DNA of 49,495 nucleotides, the filler included, from Bipalium vagum (taxonomy: Eukaryota), in NCBI GenBank assembly GCA_037834085.1. It is 3 parts of 3 records of this genome, joined end to end, with 100 filler letters (N's around TTAATTAATTAA, not from the genome) between each part and the next. Parts side by side here need not be neighbours in the genome. Positions count along the whole stretch, not along the records: positions 1 to 16,546 come from JBBMKC010106335.1; 2 more parts are not named here. One strand, given 5' to 3'. Shown here one piece after another: positions 1 through 14,214 of this stretch (positions are counted from its first letter, which is position 1; each line of letters starts with the position of its first letter). Made by a program: the position numbers and the translations under genes. The notes under the pieces were generated by a model. It did no database searches, was not told where the DNA came from, and saw only the letters and a list, made by a program, of their open reading frames with translations.

Positions 1-624
1 GGAATCTGATTGAAGTCTGCCTTGACATAAGTTTCGTCGTCCATTATCATGCAGTCAAAGTTGTGCACGATATTGTCTTACAGTTTTCGTGAACGATATT
101 TGGCGGTTGCCTGCTGTTTATCGTTTCTGTTTGGAACCATTGAATCTTTGTATGATTTCAGACCTTCCTCTTTGCGGACTTTTTGAACATAACCAGGTGA
201 CATTTTAACTTTTTAGCCGTATCACGAATAGAGATTCCGGGATTTTTATGAAATGTACTTACCACTTCCTTGACCTTTTTCTCTGAGACAAATCTCTTCT
301 TTCGTCCAATTTCAACTTTTTTTCTGTGCTTAATCGTTTATCGAAGTTTTTAAGCACAAGTGTTACCGTTAATTTCGCAATATTTAGGCTTTTTGCAATA
401 TCTCGGTGAGATAAATCCACATTTTCCAGCTTTTTACGCACAATTAATTCGTGAATTCTATCTTTTGTTGAGACTATTTTTCTAAATGTTATAGAAACTA
501 AAAAATTATAGATTCTTTATTAAAAATTAATGATTCAGCTATAGATCTGTATGCTTACCCATGTTTTTACAATTATATCTGAGGTGTGTTTGTATGCGAC
601 CATTTTTTTCGTATACACTCTTTA
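1..624 (-). mobile_element. DD37E (ITmD37E/TRT-like) Tc1/mariner-superfamily transposon, 5' part, frameshifted; continues off the left edge
   Basis: Minus strand encodes an N-terminal HTH region (RKKLENVDLSHRDIAKSLNIAKLTVTLVLKNF) and, at 1-60, FDCMIMDDETYVKADFNQIP, the first catalytic-Asp motif typical of DD37E transposases. The end reads TA-AAGAGTGTATACGAAAAAAATGGT, resembling the end of the copy at 10640. Confidence 0.8.
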
Positions 625-1564
625 TTATAATTATAATGTATAATAATAATTGGTTGAAATTTTTATTACATTTTCATAATTTGGTTAATTTCACAAAAAT
701 ATAAAATCAATAATTGGTAGATAAATAAAGATAAAGGTTATTTTTAAAATTACATAGAAATTATTAGTTAATAAAAAAATAATAATTAAAATAATAATAA
801 TATTTCATATTAATATTTACATGGTTTATTAGAAAATGGATGATGTTCTCCTTTACTTCTGTTTTGAGATAAACTCAAGAATAAAATATTAATAGTTCTA
901 AAAGAACATATTTTCCCTATTTATTTTTGTCCAGTGCCAAAAATAAAGTGAAAAAATTTTTAGCCTTTGAATAAGGTTAATAAAGTTTGAAGAAGTATGT
1001 TGATTTTCTGAATTTGAGACGACCTAATCGTATAAAAAATTGAATTAAAAGAGATCAGAAGATTTGATAAAATAATTATCAAATTAGAAGGAAATTCAGA
1101 AGAATAAATGAAGAATAGGTAAACAATAATATAAGGAAAATATAAAGGTGTAATAAGCAAGAAAGTATTAAAAAATACCCAGGCAAAATTCAATACCAAG
1201 TAAAATTCTGAATTTAAATATTAACAGAATAAAATAGACGGAATTCGCAAATTTGATACGTATTGATGTCTTCTAACCACTGAGAGAGAATATGGATAAA
1301 AAATTGTATGTTAAGAATTATTGATCATTCTAGTAAATACAAATATGTAATGACACTAATAAGAAATGATGAAGAATAGATACAACATAATATTCTGTGG
1401 AAAAATATGATAAAAATATTATGATTTGACAGACCTCGAAGAATACATGCAGATGTAGGAACATGTTTCTCATAAATATGGAAACAGAATTTTTATTTAG
1501 AGTCCGTATTATCATCAAACAGATTGTTTGACTGAAAGTCAGTTTTGGACTTTTATAGACAAAG

Positions 1565-2116
1565 TACCAGAGTGAGTCAAAAGGTTTTAGTTTTTAGTTA
1601 TCTTAAGTATTTGTTTAACCACATCTATTTAAATCTTAGATTTACATAAAATATTTGATATCATTTTAAAGCTACTGGTAAGACGAATCTATAAACGCTT
1701 CAAAAAAAAATTTCTAAATTCTAAATTATTTTATACTTTAGAATGATTGATGAAAAAACATTAGTTCGATTATTATTATTAAGACATTACTGGGGGAAAG
1801 AAAGCTTATAGGCCTCAGTCAGCATATAGCCCGCACCTTGCTGCTTCTGACTATCATTTATTTCAGTTTCTGTCTCACTTTTTATGAAGGAGATGATTCA
1901 GTTGAGAGGCCGAGTGTAAAACTGGAATTGCCGAATTTTTTGTCTCTAACACACCTGACTGGTATGGATAGGGGATTTCTTAATTGGCAGAAAGATAGCT
2001 TCAGATTATCGAAAATGATAGAATGTATTTCGAAGAATAACATAATGTGTGTTATAAAATTTTTGTAAATAGAATTTTCTCAAAAAATATGACAGACATT
2101 TGACTCACTCAAGATA
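1565..2116 (+). mobile_element. Internally deleted mariner (DD34D) element
   Basis: Inverted core GAGTGAGTCAAA (1570-1581) / TTTGACTCACTC (2099-2110), with TA at both outer ends. About 1813-1880 translates PQSAYSPHLAASDYHLFQFLSH, matching the mariner YSPDLAPSDYHLF motif. Confidence 0.8.
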
Positions 2117-5100
2117 ATGTAGTTATATACATGTATACAGTTTTCCATTGTACAGAAAACAAAATTTATGAATTATTGAAAATAAGGATCAGATACTATT
2201 CGACAAAGCAACCCAATCTGTTGAGAAGAAGCAACAGACAGAAAATTAAAAGGTTAACTTGACAAACTTTTTAAGCTTAGATTATTAGATTATTTCAAAA
2301 GGAATGTATGGAAATTAAACAATTTAATTAAAAAATTGTTTTGAATTAAATATTAAAAATTCAAAAGCCCTCTTGTGTCGTAACAGAATTTCAATTTTAA
2401 TAGTTTTGAATTTTTATGAGAGATAATTTAGAAAAGATTCATTTTAGATAAGGAAAATCCTTCATTGTCATTATTTTTTTGTTTTTAAAACATATCGATT
2501 TTAGGCTGGTCTGAAGAAAAAATTAATTTATTTAGAGAAAAATGGTAATAAACAGAAAGTAAATGGACTTCGAAAAAGATTTATTTAAGATTTACTTTAC
2601 AAAGCAAATGAGTGATTCTGTACTAATTCTCTTTTTTCTCAAATCTATTAAACGTTTTTTAATTGTTTTCTTTATTGCCAAAATTTTTTAAAAATTGAAT
2701 GAATGAGGAAAACAATTTTTCATATGGAAAAGGAAATTCATTAAATTCTAAAAAATAGCAAAAATATTATCATTATTATTATCAACATTATTACAAAATT
2801 TTATTTACATAAAATAGACCATTTTAGTCATTTTCTTTTTTTTTCTTTAAATTTCCTTCTTCGAAAAAATATATCACTAAAAATGTTAAAATAATTTTAA
2901 TGCCCTTTTTTAAAATAGTTTCGGTTTGTTTTCAGAATTTTAATGATTTTCAGAATGTTTTGGTAATGTATTTCAAGATAATATATTATTTCATTAGCTA
3001 AACGTAAACAGACTTTTTACCATGGTTTGTGAGATATTTTTAATAATTATTTTTTTTAATATTTTCCTATTCGTGAGAAATATAAATTAATGGAATTTCT
3101 TAATTAAATTTCTTAATTTTTTATTTTTATATTTGATTTCTTTTTCAGCATTTTTTATAATTTTCTCTAAGACTGACTTGTTTCAATCAACCTAACAAAA
3201 CACATAAGGAAAACCCAAATTATCAGTCGTAAGAAAGATTATTTCTTTCCATACCTAATAATGAAAAAATATAACATAAAATATAACCTCTATTAACTAA
3301 TTAATTATTATTTTAATTATATTTAACAAGTAATTAGTTAATATTTGAAAATCTTGTAATTTTCCTTTATAATAATTACGATGAAAATTAAATTTCCTCT
3401 CCGTTGCGTATATTTTTGCTTGAATAACATTTTTTTAGTTTTCGATTTTTTTAATATTTAATATTAAATTAAAAACATTACATAGAATTTTTAAAACAAA
3501 AATAATTTGTAAAATGAAATTTTCCAATGTTTTACTATTTTCTGTTTTGCTGTAAAATTTTCAAAAATTATAAAAATGAGTTTTATTAAAGAAAAATTAT
3601 ATTCATTCTTTACAACTTCCAATATATTTTTGTTTTCATTTGTTTACTTTTTTTCTTGGCTAAAAGGAAATCAATTAGATTTCTTTTTTCAGTTTCATCA
3701 TTATTTTTTTTTATTTTTTTTTATTTTTATCATTATTATTTTATTTTGTTTAATAAACAATAAAACAGCATCAATAACAATTTATAATCATTTTCTTGGT
3801 TGTTTAATTTTTTCATCTGCTTAAAATTCGTCTTTCAGGGTACATGTTTGTAAAAATCATGATAAAAAATTATTATTATTATTTTTATATTGAAAAAAAA
3901 ATTGAAAAATTATAAAAAAATGTCAGTCCGAATTCTTTTGAATTAAAATCCTTTCTAATTTTTAAAATTTTTAATAAAAATACTTTTATCAATTATAATT
4001 TTTATTTTACTTAGTATTTGTCAGTCATCTTTCAATTTCAAGATATTATGTATTATAAAAATTTATTATTATATTTAAACAAGTTATAATACATTATACC
4101 ATATACCTTTCTTTTCAATAAAAGAAATAGCTTTAATTAATTTAACTAATTATTAAAAAGATAAAATATTCCTTATATTTAAATTATGTTCTTTGTAGTT
4201 TTTAATCATTTAAGTCAAAGGTGAAAGAAATCAATTTTACTAATTTTATTTTATCTCTACTTCTAAAATGCTTATAAAATGTATAAACTATATAACAATG
4301 TACACGGTGTTTCATGAGAAATTTTGCAATGGTGGAAGCATCCCTTAATAAGTATTACAATAATTCATTATGTGCTTAATATCATGCTTAAAATTTTCCA
4401 GGCGATAATATGTGACATTCTGATGACAGTATTTATTTCAGATTATTACAAAAAATTCAATTGAATAAGAAGCACATATCAATTTTGATAAACTCGAACA
4501 TTTCAGATGATTAAAACTGTTTGCTATTAATATACATTTGGGTGCAAGAATGTATATTAACATCAATAGATTTAAGGTAAAAAATTAATTTTCCCAGCCC
4601 TAAAAATTCAAATACTGACATTAACTTAATTTGCCATCCATGGGTATTTAAACTCCATTTATTTTAAAAATAACTAATTAACATATGATTCTCAATCATG
4701 TCATCACCACAGTTTTCTAAACAATTAATGCAGAGAAATACTACAAGACAAACAACATAATACACGGAAATTAAAATGCACCTTCTTATATTGATTGATT
4801 AACTGAAATAAAAAACCTGGACATGTTCATAAGAAGCTTGCAGAAATTAAAAGAATTGAACTAAAAGATTTTTCTCATCTCCATTACTAAACAGACTTTC
4901 ACTTTTAAAGTCATATGACAAATCTCTTTCAAGAACTGCACTTTAAAAAGCTTCCTGGTTCCGAAACTTCTTCTACGAGTTCTATATCCCCAGTAACAAA
5001 GACATTTACGTATTCTAGATATACTTAATTTTACAATGAACAGAACTTTGTCGAATGTTTTAGCTTTATTTTGAATTTTAAGTTTTTCATTTAACAAGTG

Positions 5101-5799
5101 CAATTTTTAACCTAATAATAAACTTAAAAAATACCTTATTATATTGTATAAAATTCAAATAATGAAGATATTAACGTAGTGGTTTTTAACCAATGTTCCC
5201 TAGAAAACCGTTGGTCCTTGAAGATAGGGAAAGTATTCCCACAAATTTTAAAATTCAGTATAAAGCAATATCAAATACAGTACTACTATTGGTATATGTA
5301 ATGACAGTGTGTAGCGTAGTATTTGGTTAGTAATGTATAAATTACTTTTATTATAATATAAAAGTTTTCTGTGTGTTAAAAGTTGAATGACACTGTAGTG
5401 TTAGGACACTTTTCTTGAAAGTTTGAGTTCAGTAATTTAGTTATTATTAGTAAGCTTTGATAACATTTTTTATGATACCATTTTATTAAATGGACAAATT
5501 TTTTTACAACTTAATCATTTTAACAATAAAACATTAATGATAATAATAATAAATATTAATAATTGTTATTCAACTTTATATATAAAATAATATAAAATTT
5601 TGCGAAAATTACAAAAAAGAAAAGTAGAATCAGAAGATTTATTGAATAAATTGTTCTTGCTGTCTTGCTTTTATAATCATTTGTGAATATTCCTGTAAAA
5701 TCCATCAGATAAAGTAGCGAATTCATTTAAAAGTATTGCATCTAAAAATCTTCTATGTTCACAATCTTTACAACATGAATATTGATTTGAATACAAGTA

Positions 5800-6522
5800 C
5801 AGAGCGCCACATATTAATTGCCGCACCTTGTAAAATCAAGAAATCTTGATTATTTTCATTTATTTCTTTAATGATTTGGGCCTGTTTCAATTTCAGTGGC
5901 AAGTCGAGTCTGGTGACTGTTTCCGGCAATCTAAATCAATTGGGATATCAGAAACTCCTGAAAGACAATCTACTACCTTTTATAAAAGATTTTGGCGGAT
6001 TCAGCCCTGTCTTTCAGCAAGATAATTGCAGGTGCCATGTATCCCGTTCAACTATGGAATGGCTAAAAGGCAAAAATATTGAAGTTATGGACTGGCCGCC
6101 GTACTCACCGGATCTAAATCCCATAGAAAACTTATGGGAGTGTTGGTTCGGAAGGTATATGCTGGTGGAAAGCAATTCAATTCCATTGATGAGCTGCGAT
6201 CGGCAGTTATTGGCTGTTGGGAAGACATGGATCAATACATCCTGGAAAATTTGGTAACTTCAATGCCAAATAGAATTTATGAGACTATTTATGCTCACGG
6301 CATCTTGATAAACTATTAGAATCGTATTGGTACATTTTTTGTGAATGAAAATCGATTTTTTGGAAATTGCGACAATTAATTTGTGTCGGTTTTTTCTTGA
6401 TATTTTTATTCTTTGCTTAATATAGTTGATAAAGATTGTGTAAAGTCTTTGAAAATTTTGAAATCTTTGGACAAAAAATAATGTCATTTTGGTAAATGCG
6501 GCAATTAGTTTGTGGCGCACTG
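5800..6522 (+). mobile_element. Tc1-family (DD34E) deletion derivative with intact TIRs and TA target duplication
   Basis: 26-bp TIRs CAGAGCGCCACATATTAATTGCCGCA and (reverse complement) CAGTGCGCCACAAACTAATTGCCGCA, 3 mismatches, flanked by TA. Coding remnant MIWACF...FQQDN...WPPYSPDLNPIENLW has exactly 34 residues between D and E. One frameshift at about 6138, then GVLVRKVY...SMPNRI. Confidence 0.93.
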
Positions 6523-7149
6523 TATATATACGTAAACTTGAATAACCGTGTAATGATTAAGTTCCAATTTTAAGAGTAAGGATAAATCTTATTTGAAATA
6601 AGGAATATATAACATTGAATAGTGCCTATTACATTGAAAAATGAACGTTATGCTGTTTAACTATATTATTTCTCGTTTAATTTTTCACGAAATTAATAAA
6701 CCGCCACGTAGAGTAAAGATAATGTCTTTTAATACTACGAATGAAAGATATTGCTAAAAGAAAAAAATTTCAATTATGATCAAAAAATTTTAATCTCACT
6801 TTAATCTTTTCCATTAATGTGATATCAAACAAATTTACTATGACATTTCGTTTCGTTCGATATATAGTTCATAATCTGAGGGAAATATTTAGTAAACCTA
6901 AATTTCCACACTTTACTCTGGAGTTCATAATGCGGCATTACGACTATTTCGTTCTCTTGTCCATTCTCCGGCGGTCGAAGTCCTAAGATCGACCTTAATT
7001 GATTTCTGAATGAACCCAGTGATGATATGTCATTTATGGTGACATTTAATTATTTTACGGATGCATTTAAAAATGCTTTTTGTGACATTGATGTATCAGA
7101 ATTGTTTAATTTAATTGCTTAATAATATTAAATTTAAACAAATTATTAA

Positions 7150-8900
7150 TTATTTTTATTATTTTAGAATTTTACCTAAACATTTTACTGAAAGAGGTGT
7201 TCATGGAAAACTTCATTAAGATGATATGAGTTGGTAAATATTTTCCATTGTCTCTGATGATTTTTCATCCATAGTTCCGTTATTAATTTTTCCAGTCTGA
7301 TTATGAAAATATCAAAGGTTCCACAAATAAAAATAAATTAATTATTAAATATATTTTAAATGATAGACCAAATTCAAACGAATTTGCACATGAATTAATT
7401 CAATGAATTTTTTGAAATTTTATTATGTTGAAAAAGAAATTGCAGCTTTCTTGGCCTTTCATTGTGAACTGATAAGACACATCTAATAACAGAATTTTTA
7501 ATTGAAACGAAAGCCGTTCAATTGTAAACATTATTACCATCAAAAATAGTTTATTTATTCCATTCGAAAAAGAATCTGTGGTTCCGGAGGCTACTGTCTT
7601 TGAAGTCAGTTTTAACATCATTTAGTTTCTGAGATGATTAGAAAATGATTCTGCCAGGGAGCCAGGAGGAGTAATGGGAATTATGTATGATTTCATATCT
7701 TAATTTGTACAATATTCAATCTTACGTGGTGATGCAGAAAATGAGTCCTTTTTGTTGGCTGACGTTAGAATTGAGGTTGCTATTTCGTCGATTTAATGAA
7801 CGCATTTTCCCGCCTTAATGATTATATTTCATTTTAGGATATAAAAATATATCAGATCCACTGTTGAGTACTAACTTGCTCTTATTATCTTCGTTTACAG
7901 TGATTTCGACTCTGGGAAGTGCCATGACATTTTTACCACACAATCCATTTCTGGTCACATGCCACTAAGTATTTGAAAAATATTTGTTCTTACTAAATAG
8001 AAGGAGAGGCGATAAAATTCAAAGCAGAGGTTTTTTGCTTTGCTGTAAAATAATATGAGAGTTTTTCACTTTTTTCACTTTTTTGAACTGATTTAAATGA
8101 CCAACTTTTATTGTGGTTGCCATTAAGAGGTATATCTCACTGTCATCATCAAAATTTATTGGTATCTCATTTCCTTCATGCAAAACTTAGAAAATCATCA
8201 TTTCACTGTTCATTCATCAATGATGCTTTTACCTTATATAAAATTTTCCTTAGGCCCTTTTATTTCTAATTTGAACTCCTAAAAAAAATCGCTGATTTTC
8301 TAAATTGTTTATCATCATTTTCAAAACTTAATGATTAAGGTAACAAAATTTAACAGCTTTGCTCTCTCACGCCTGGTAGTTCATTGTACTAGTTTCGCTT
8401 GAGTTCAAGACTTAACTGTATTATTGAGTATCCTTCATTACCAATTCTATCAGAAAGATGCACTTATGAATTATCCCTAATATTTTTTTCTTCTTGTGGC
8501 TTTTCTCTTAGGGTCGTGATATCTATGTAAATAAATTCAAAATCTTATAATAGTTCCATTTTTTCAATTTCTTCTTTAATAAGTATTGTAACTACTTTGG
8601 ATCTTTGATATGCTACACAAATCCTGATGGTTTTGTGAATCTTTTCTTTCAAATTTGTAATTGAGTAGTAATTATCTTTGGTTTAATATACCTCTTTCTC
8701 AGCTCCAGTGTGTATTGGTATGTAACGATCTAAAGATATCTTCAAATGAATCTTTCTGTGATATGACTGCATCGATTGTGCTAAAACTGGCACCTGTAAT
8801 CTTTACTTCCAGAATTTTTTTATTTTCTTTTAAAAAAAGAATGGTATATAATGCCATATTGAATTGTTTGGAGAGAAATTTTACATTCAACTATTTTACT
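7150..8900 (-). mobile_element. Highly decayed Ty3/Gypsy-like retrotransposon (RT remnants, possible gag/protease upstream)
   Basis: Frameshifted minus-strand fragments in RT order at about 7400-7780: KKDS..FCI..RLNIVQIK (cf. KKDGxxRFCVDYRxLN), KTVASGTTDSF/FEWNK (cf. KTAFxTxxGxYEW), ESCNFFFNIIKF (cf. KCxFxxxxIxFLG). Boundaries are approximate. Confidence 0.5.
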
Positions 8901-10639
8901 ATTAAGACAAATTAGTCTTCTGAAAATTTATTAATTAATTAACCTACATAAACACAGAAAAAAATTAATTTTTCATGTGTATAACCTTAATAAATAAATA
9001 ATTTAAACAAAAAGTGTGAATCATTTAATTTTCTAAGAAATTCTGATTACAAAATATTTGTAATCCTTTTACAAAAATTCTTGAAAACATTTTTCCCAAT
9101 ATCAAAGCATTTGAAATAAAAATCTATTTAATCTTAAAATTAATTTTATTTATTTATTTTTAAATTATTACAATGATAAATTAAATAAAAATTTCTACAC
9201 ACAAATGTTTTAACAGGAAAAATATTGAAATATAAAGTAAATTTGAACTCTGAAGAATTGAAGATCAGAAATCGTAAAAGGGATCTGTGCAAAACTAAAT
9301 CTTGCACATTTTACAACATATATCAACTAAATCAATATTATAAATTCAAATAATAAGTGCAAACTCTAAAGAAATAATATTACTTGCTTAGTTATTTAAT
9401 ACAATGGAGTAACTGAGCTTTTCTCTTGGGTATATAAATAATTTTCCTACTTTAAAATATATATAGTATATCTTAATATCGTAGAATGCCAATTAAAATC
9501 ATTATCTGCAAAAAATACAAATAAATAAATAAAAGGAAATAATAGACTAATTCTTTAAATATTAATTATTAACAGCATTTTCTTTTGTCTTTTCTCTTTC
9601 TCTTTCTGAGCAGACAAATAATGTTATTTTCCTTGATTTGAGGCACTAACCCATCTAATTAATTATAAAATATTTCAATAAAATATTAATATTTTGCATT
9701 ATTTTTTGTATTCTGATGTATTTTTTGTGTTAATATTATCTCATATTTATACTCACTGAAGGCATCTTTTTATGTTGTTGAATTAAAACAAAAATTTTAA
9801 AAATAAATTACAAAAATTATTTTTTACTGAAAATTAAAATCCAATAAAAAATTAAAAGATTTAATATTTAAAACTTTATTTCTTAAACTCAGAGATGAAG
9901 GATGTGCAAAAGATTGAAATTGGAAATGTCATATAATTATTTTATAACTTTAATTCGTGTATAATTCTGAGAAGACCTCGTGAAATACTGAGGAAATCAT
10001 CAATAACCAATAGATTTATATAATTCCTTTAAAAGTTTGGTTTTTTGCCGATTAAGGAAACGATTTTATGGTCGTAGATTCTCTCTCCGGGTATTTCTAT
10101 CTCTTGGGACTCTCATCATATTTCACTGATATTGAATAATTTTCACAGCTTACTTTATTTTTCGGTAGTTTTATCTTTTTAATAGAATTTTTGAATTTCA
10201 TTTCGAAAGATAATTTCATTTATGGTAGATCATGAAATATTGAATATGAAGTGAAATATTGCATTGTCAAGAACCGATGTCACAATACTCTAAACTCGGT
10301 AAAATATGGAATCGGTCGAATTTGAAAATGTTGTAATAGCAAATAGCAGATTAAGAAAGTATAATGAGGTTACAGATGATACAAGATAGCAAGAAGCATC
10401 CACTTTCAAAATCATCTTATATTATATAATAAATAGTTGATAAAAGATTTTGGTTCCACGCCATTTATAGTGAAAGTTACAAAACAAAAGTGTTTGACCT
10501 AATTAGTGTTGCTTTAATTTTTTCTTTTTAGTGAAGATATGAGAAATAATAATCAATTATAAACAGAACATAATTATCAAAATGAGAAATGATTAATAAA
10601 CTGAGAACCTCCAAGAATAGGCTTGTTTTTGTAAGTATA

Positions 10640-11350
10640 TAAAGGGTGTTTCAGAAAAATCTGGTATATTTATACACTAATTTGTTTTATGTGCGCAATT
10701 TTTTGATTTTATGACATGCAGATTTGGTGTATGAATATATTTAATATAATTCTAATTTTTCTTTAATCAAATTAATAATAATCAATATGACAGACAATTA
10801 AATTTGTATTCGAAAATTAATCGTGAACAAATACTTAAAAATAAACTTAGAGCTGGTTAGAATTCATTCAAAATTCTAAAAGTTACAGCCAGATATGAAG
10901 ATAAAGAAGTAGAAGCCAAGAAACGAGCGAGAAATTTCATTCAAATTTATTTTTAATTTGAATGCCGCATTATGGATGATGAAAAATACTGCTTCAATTA
11001 CTTTAATCCAATTCCTGGACAAAGGTTCTATATTGCAACATGAAGAGGAGACGTAGTTTGGAAATACAGAAAAGAGAAAACATGAAATCATGTGTCAAAT
11101 ATTTGATATTGAAAGTCATGTTTAAGGCGATGGAAAAGCGAAGAATTCGTAGTTAAAGGTACAGTTAATACCGAAACCTACGTTAAAAAGATTCTAAATA
11201 AACGATGACTTCGATTTATTGAGTCCTAATTGAGCCTGTATTGCTTTGGCCAGATTTTGTAATTTGTCATTATGGTCGAGGACTCTTTGAATTCTACACC
11301 AACAACATCAATATAGTCCCAAAAGAACCAAATCCACCAGATCTTTAACC
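10640..11350 (+). mobile_element. Second decayed DD37E (TRT-like) transposon
   Basis: End TA-AAGGGTGTTTCAGAAAAATCTGGT resembles the end at 624. About 11147-11285 translates FVVKGTVNTETYVKKILNKR*LRFI...PVLLWPDFVICHYG (cf. DD37E PVxFWPDLASCHY). Confidence 0.7.
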
Positions 11351-13271
11351 GATAATATAACATAATATAAAACTATAGCAGAATATAAAAATAAATGCAA
11401 AAGTTAAGAAAAAATCTTTTTAAAAATTTCGACATTCACATACCTTTTAGTTTCGGAAATCATTAACTTACATCAAATTAAAAGTTTCTTTTGAGATTTG
11501 CCAACTAACATAAAATTAGTACTTTTATAATAAGAATAAACTGTTTTAAAAATATAGGTCCTTACGAATATTACCTGTTCCTGTTATATTTAAAATTGTT
11601 AGTACCTGCCTAATATTTTTGATAAGTAGTGTATATAGAGTATTGTTGTAACCGATAGATCATATACCTCATATTTTTCTTTTTTCATATTTGGAAAGGA
11701 AAGATGTTACCTAAACACAATAAAGGTAAGTGAAATTTATGCGGAGAATGTCACGAGACAAATATATAAAATTATTTTTAAAATGCTCGATTTTTTGTTG
11801 GTTTATACAATGATAAATGTTTTTCATGAAATTGCGCATTTCAAGCTTAAAGAATGAGATTGTTGATAATGTAGGAGAAAATAATAATATCACGAGAACT
11901 AGAAGTTTCAAACCATGGATCACAAGATATGCTTTAGTTTAATTATAATTATTAAAAAAACTCTAAAGTTTTCGGCTTACTAAATGAATATTCTTGCAAC
12001 CTCAGGATCTGCATCTTAAATATTGACAGATTATCTAGCAAATGGTAGGCAATAGATATTGATTAATGCTTAAATAAACTTTTTTCAAGATGTTTTGAAA
12101 AGAATGTGCTAATGTACCATATGTTGATCTTAATTATATATAATATATTATTTGTAAGACCTATTCAATTTTTATGTCCGGTTTCATTCATTGAGAGGTC
12201 TTTGTATATATTGTACACTGAAAGCAGTACGACTAAATAATCCAGTCATTTATCTGTTTTAGTCCATGAGCTTTTACAGTATTCCTTTTTTAGAAAATGC
12301 AATTCTTCTATGATATTTCTCCATAATACAATTTTCTGTAATGATTTTCAATCCAAAACTGACTTTCTCTTCCTGTTGGTAATTAACTTTTATTGACATT
12401 TATATTGTGGTCTGGACGCAGTGGTCATCGACCAATTATGCCATATTATATAATTGGTCTCAATTCACTAAGCATCAAATCAATTAAGTATCAATTCACT
12501 ATTTTTACCATTTTCTTTTAGTGCATCAAATTTATTCTATTATAAAGCTTAAAGCGATTTAACAATTGTAAGGAGTTTAAATTTAGTTCGAAGCCTTGAA
12601 ATTATTATTATTTAATAACTATTGAATAATATTTTTATTATTCCATTTTTTTATTATTTGTAAACCTTTTATTTCTTGTTAGTTTTTGTATTAATTTTCG
12701 TTCTTTTATTATTTTCTTACTTCTTTAGAACTTTTATGACCGATTTGTCCACCTGCTCATATTATTTCTGTAAAGAGATCATTTTTAATTTTAATTTTAT
12801 GTCTTATTAATAAAAAATTTTATATTGTTAAGTAAAATTATTAAAAAATTTTATTAAAAAGTTTAATAAAACATTTCCAAAAAAAATTGCAGTCGGAACA
12901 AAAGATACAATGCTTAGTGGATAATCGCAATATAATTATGGTCAGATACGAGAAATATTATTTTATTAAAATTAACTTCGAATAGAAATTTAATTAAACC
13001 CGGATGCAATTATTAAATATCAATTCTTTTTTAGTCCAAAATTATTTTTCTGACTATTTTTCATTTTTAATATTTTTTGGCATTTTAAAATATTTTAATT
13101 AATATTCATTTTAAATAAGCGTAATTTAATCAATATTAATAATAAAAAATAAAAAATATAATTAAATTTTTTAAAAAAACAGGTTTTAATGTAATATTAA
13201 AACTTGAGTAATTCTAAAGATTTCATAAAAGTTTTTTAAGGAATAAATAATAACTATTTATGTTTATAATA

Positions 13272-13342
<71 letters not shown>
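13272..13342. repeat. (ATT)n microsatellite, followed by about 3 copies of TACATT
   Basis: About 23 ATT units with one interruption, read directly. Confidence 0.95.
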
Positions 13343-13343
<1 letters not shown>

Positions 13344-13542
13344 ATTTACATTTACATTCCATTTGATAATTTCTTAAATATATTTCATATTTATACTATA
13401 TGAAATAAAAATAAGTATCATGTCGAGAGACTTTGAATAAATATTCAAATGAAAATTAAAATAATTTGGAAATTAAAAAGGTTTTTTTAACCTGCCTATT
13501 ATTATTATATGTCATAATTTCACAAATCTTATTGTGATATAA

Positions 13543-14214
13543 TATTAAGATGAATGAAATTATTTTTAAAGCTGTCAATTTTTGACGAATAAAATTAGAT
13601 AAAAATTAAACTTATCAAGTTAGTAAGAAAAAAATGCTTTTCTTAGTCGACAAATGCATTAATAAAAATCTCAGAAGTCAAGTTTTTTATGCAAAACATA
13701 ATTTTGTCATAGTTTCTCATTGATTTAAGAAGCTGTAGTGAATCAGACAGACCATGAACCATCAAACTAACACCATGATATTCTTTTGGTGTAAAACCTA
13801 CTTTATGAACTGATGCTCAGTTTCTCAAGTGTCCGGTTGCCTTAGACAATTCATTTTTCATCACAGATCACAATCAGATCCACTTTTAAATTCTTTGAAC
13901 CAGTTTTGCACTGTGACCTTTTACTATATTCAAACCAAATTCTTCATTAATTTTATGAATGTTCTCCAAAGAAGTATCAGTCAATTTGAACTCGTATAGT
14001 GTAATTGCTTCTAACTGACATTTTTTAACTTGATTTCTACAAATAATATTAATTATTAATCATTAATAATATTTAAAATATATGGAAATGTAAATCAGTT
14101 TCTATGTTCTCAGATTGTACATAAATTAATGTGTTCAAGGAAATACATTCTCAAAAAATCTATTGTCAAGTTGGAATATATAAAAAACCAAATTATCTTC
14201 TTACCATCCTAATA
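13543..14214 (-). mobile_element. Decayed mariner element, cecropia/Hsmar1-like, internally deleted
   Basis: Right end on the minus strand reads TATTAGGATGGTAAGAAGATAATTTGGTTTTT (cf. Hsmar1 TIR TTAGGTTGGTGCAAAAGTAATTGCGGTTTT). Translations QLEAITLYEFKL...INEEFG...TVQNWFK and LHQKNIMVLV*W...LIHYSFLNQ match mariner transposase. The left end is uncertain. Confidence 0.85.

Noticed and set aside
960-3824. Hydrophobic F/I/L-rich ORFs resembling membrane proteins (also 16388, 43789, 46162)
   Set aside because: Expected artefacts of T-rich low-complexity DNA; no motifs or splice support.
4560-5103. Possible hAT transposase remnant on the minus strand
   Set aside because: The resemblance is too weak; no diagnostic motif or TIR could be fixed.
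6930-7000. Hairpin GGTCGA-N10-TCGACC as a possible hammerhead ribozyme
   Set aside because: No CUGANGA/GAAA core with the required stems on either strand.
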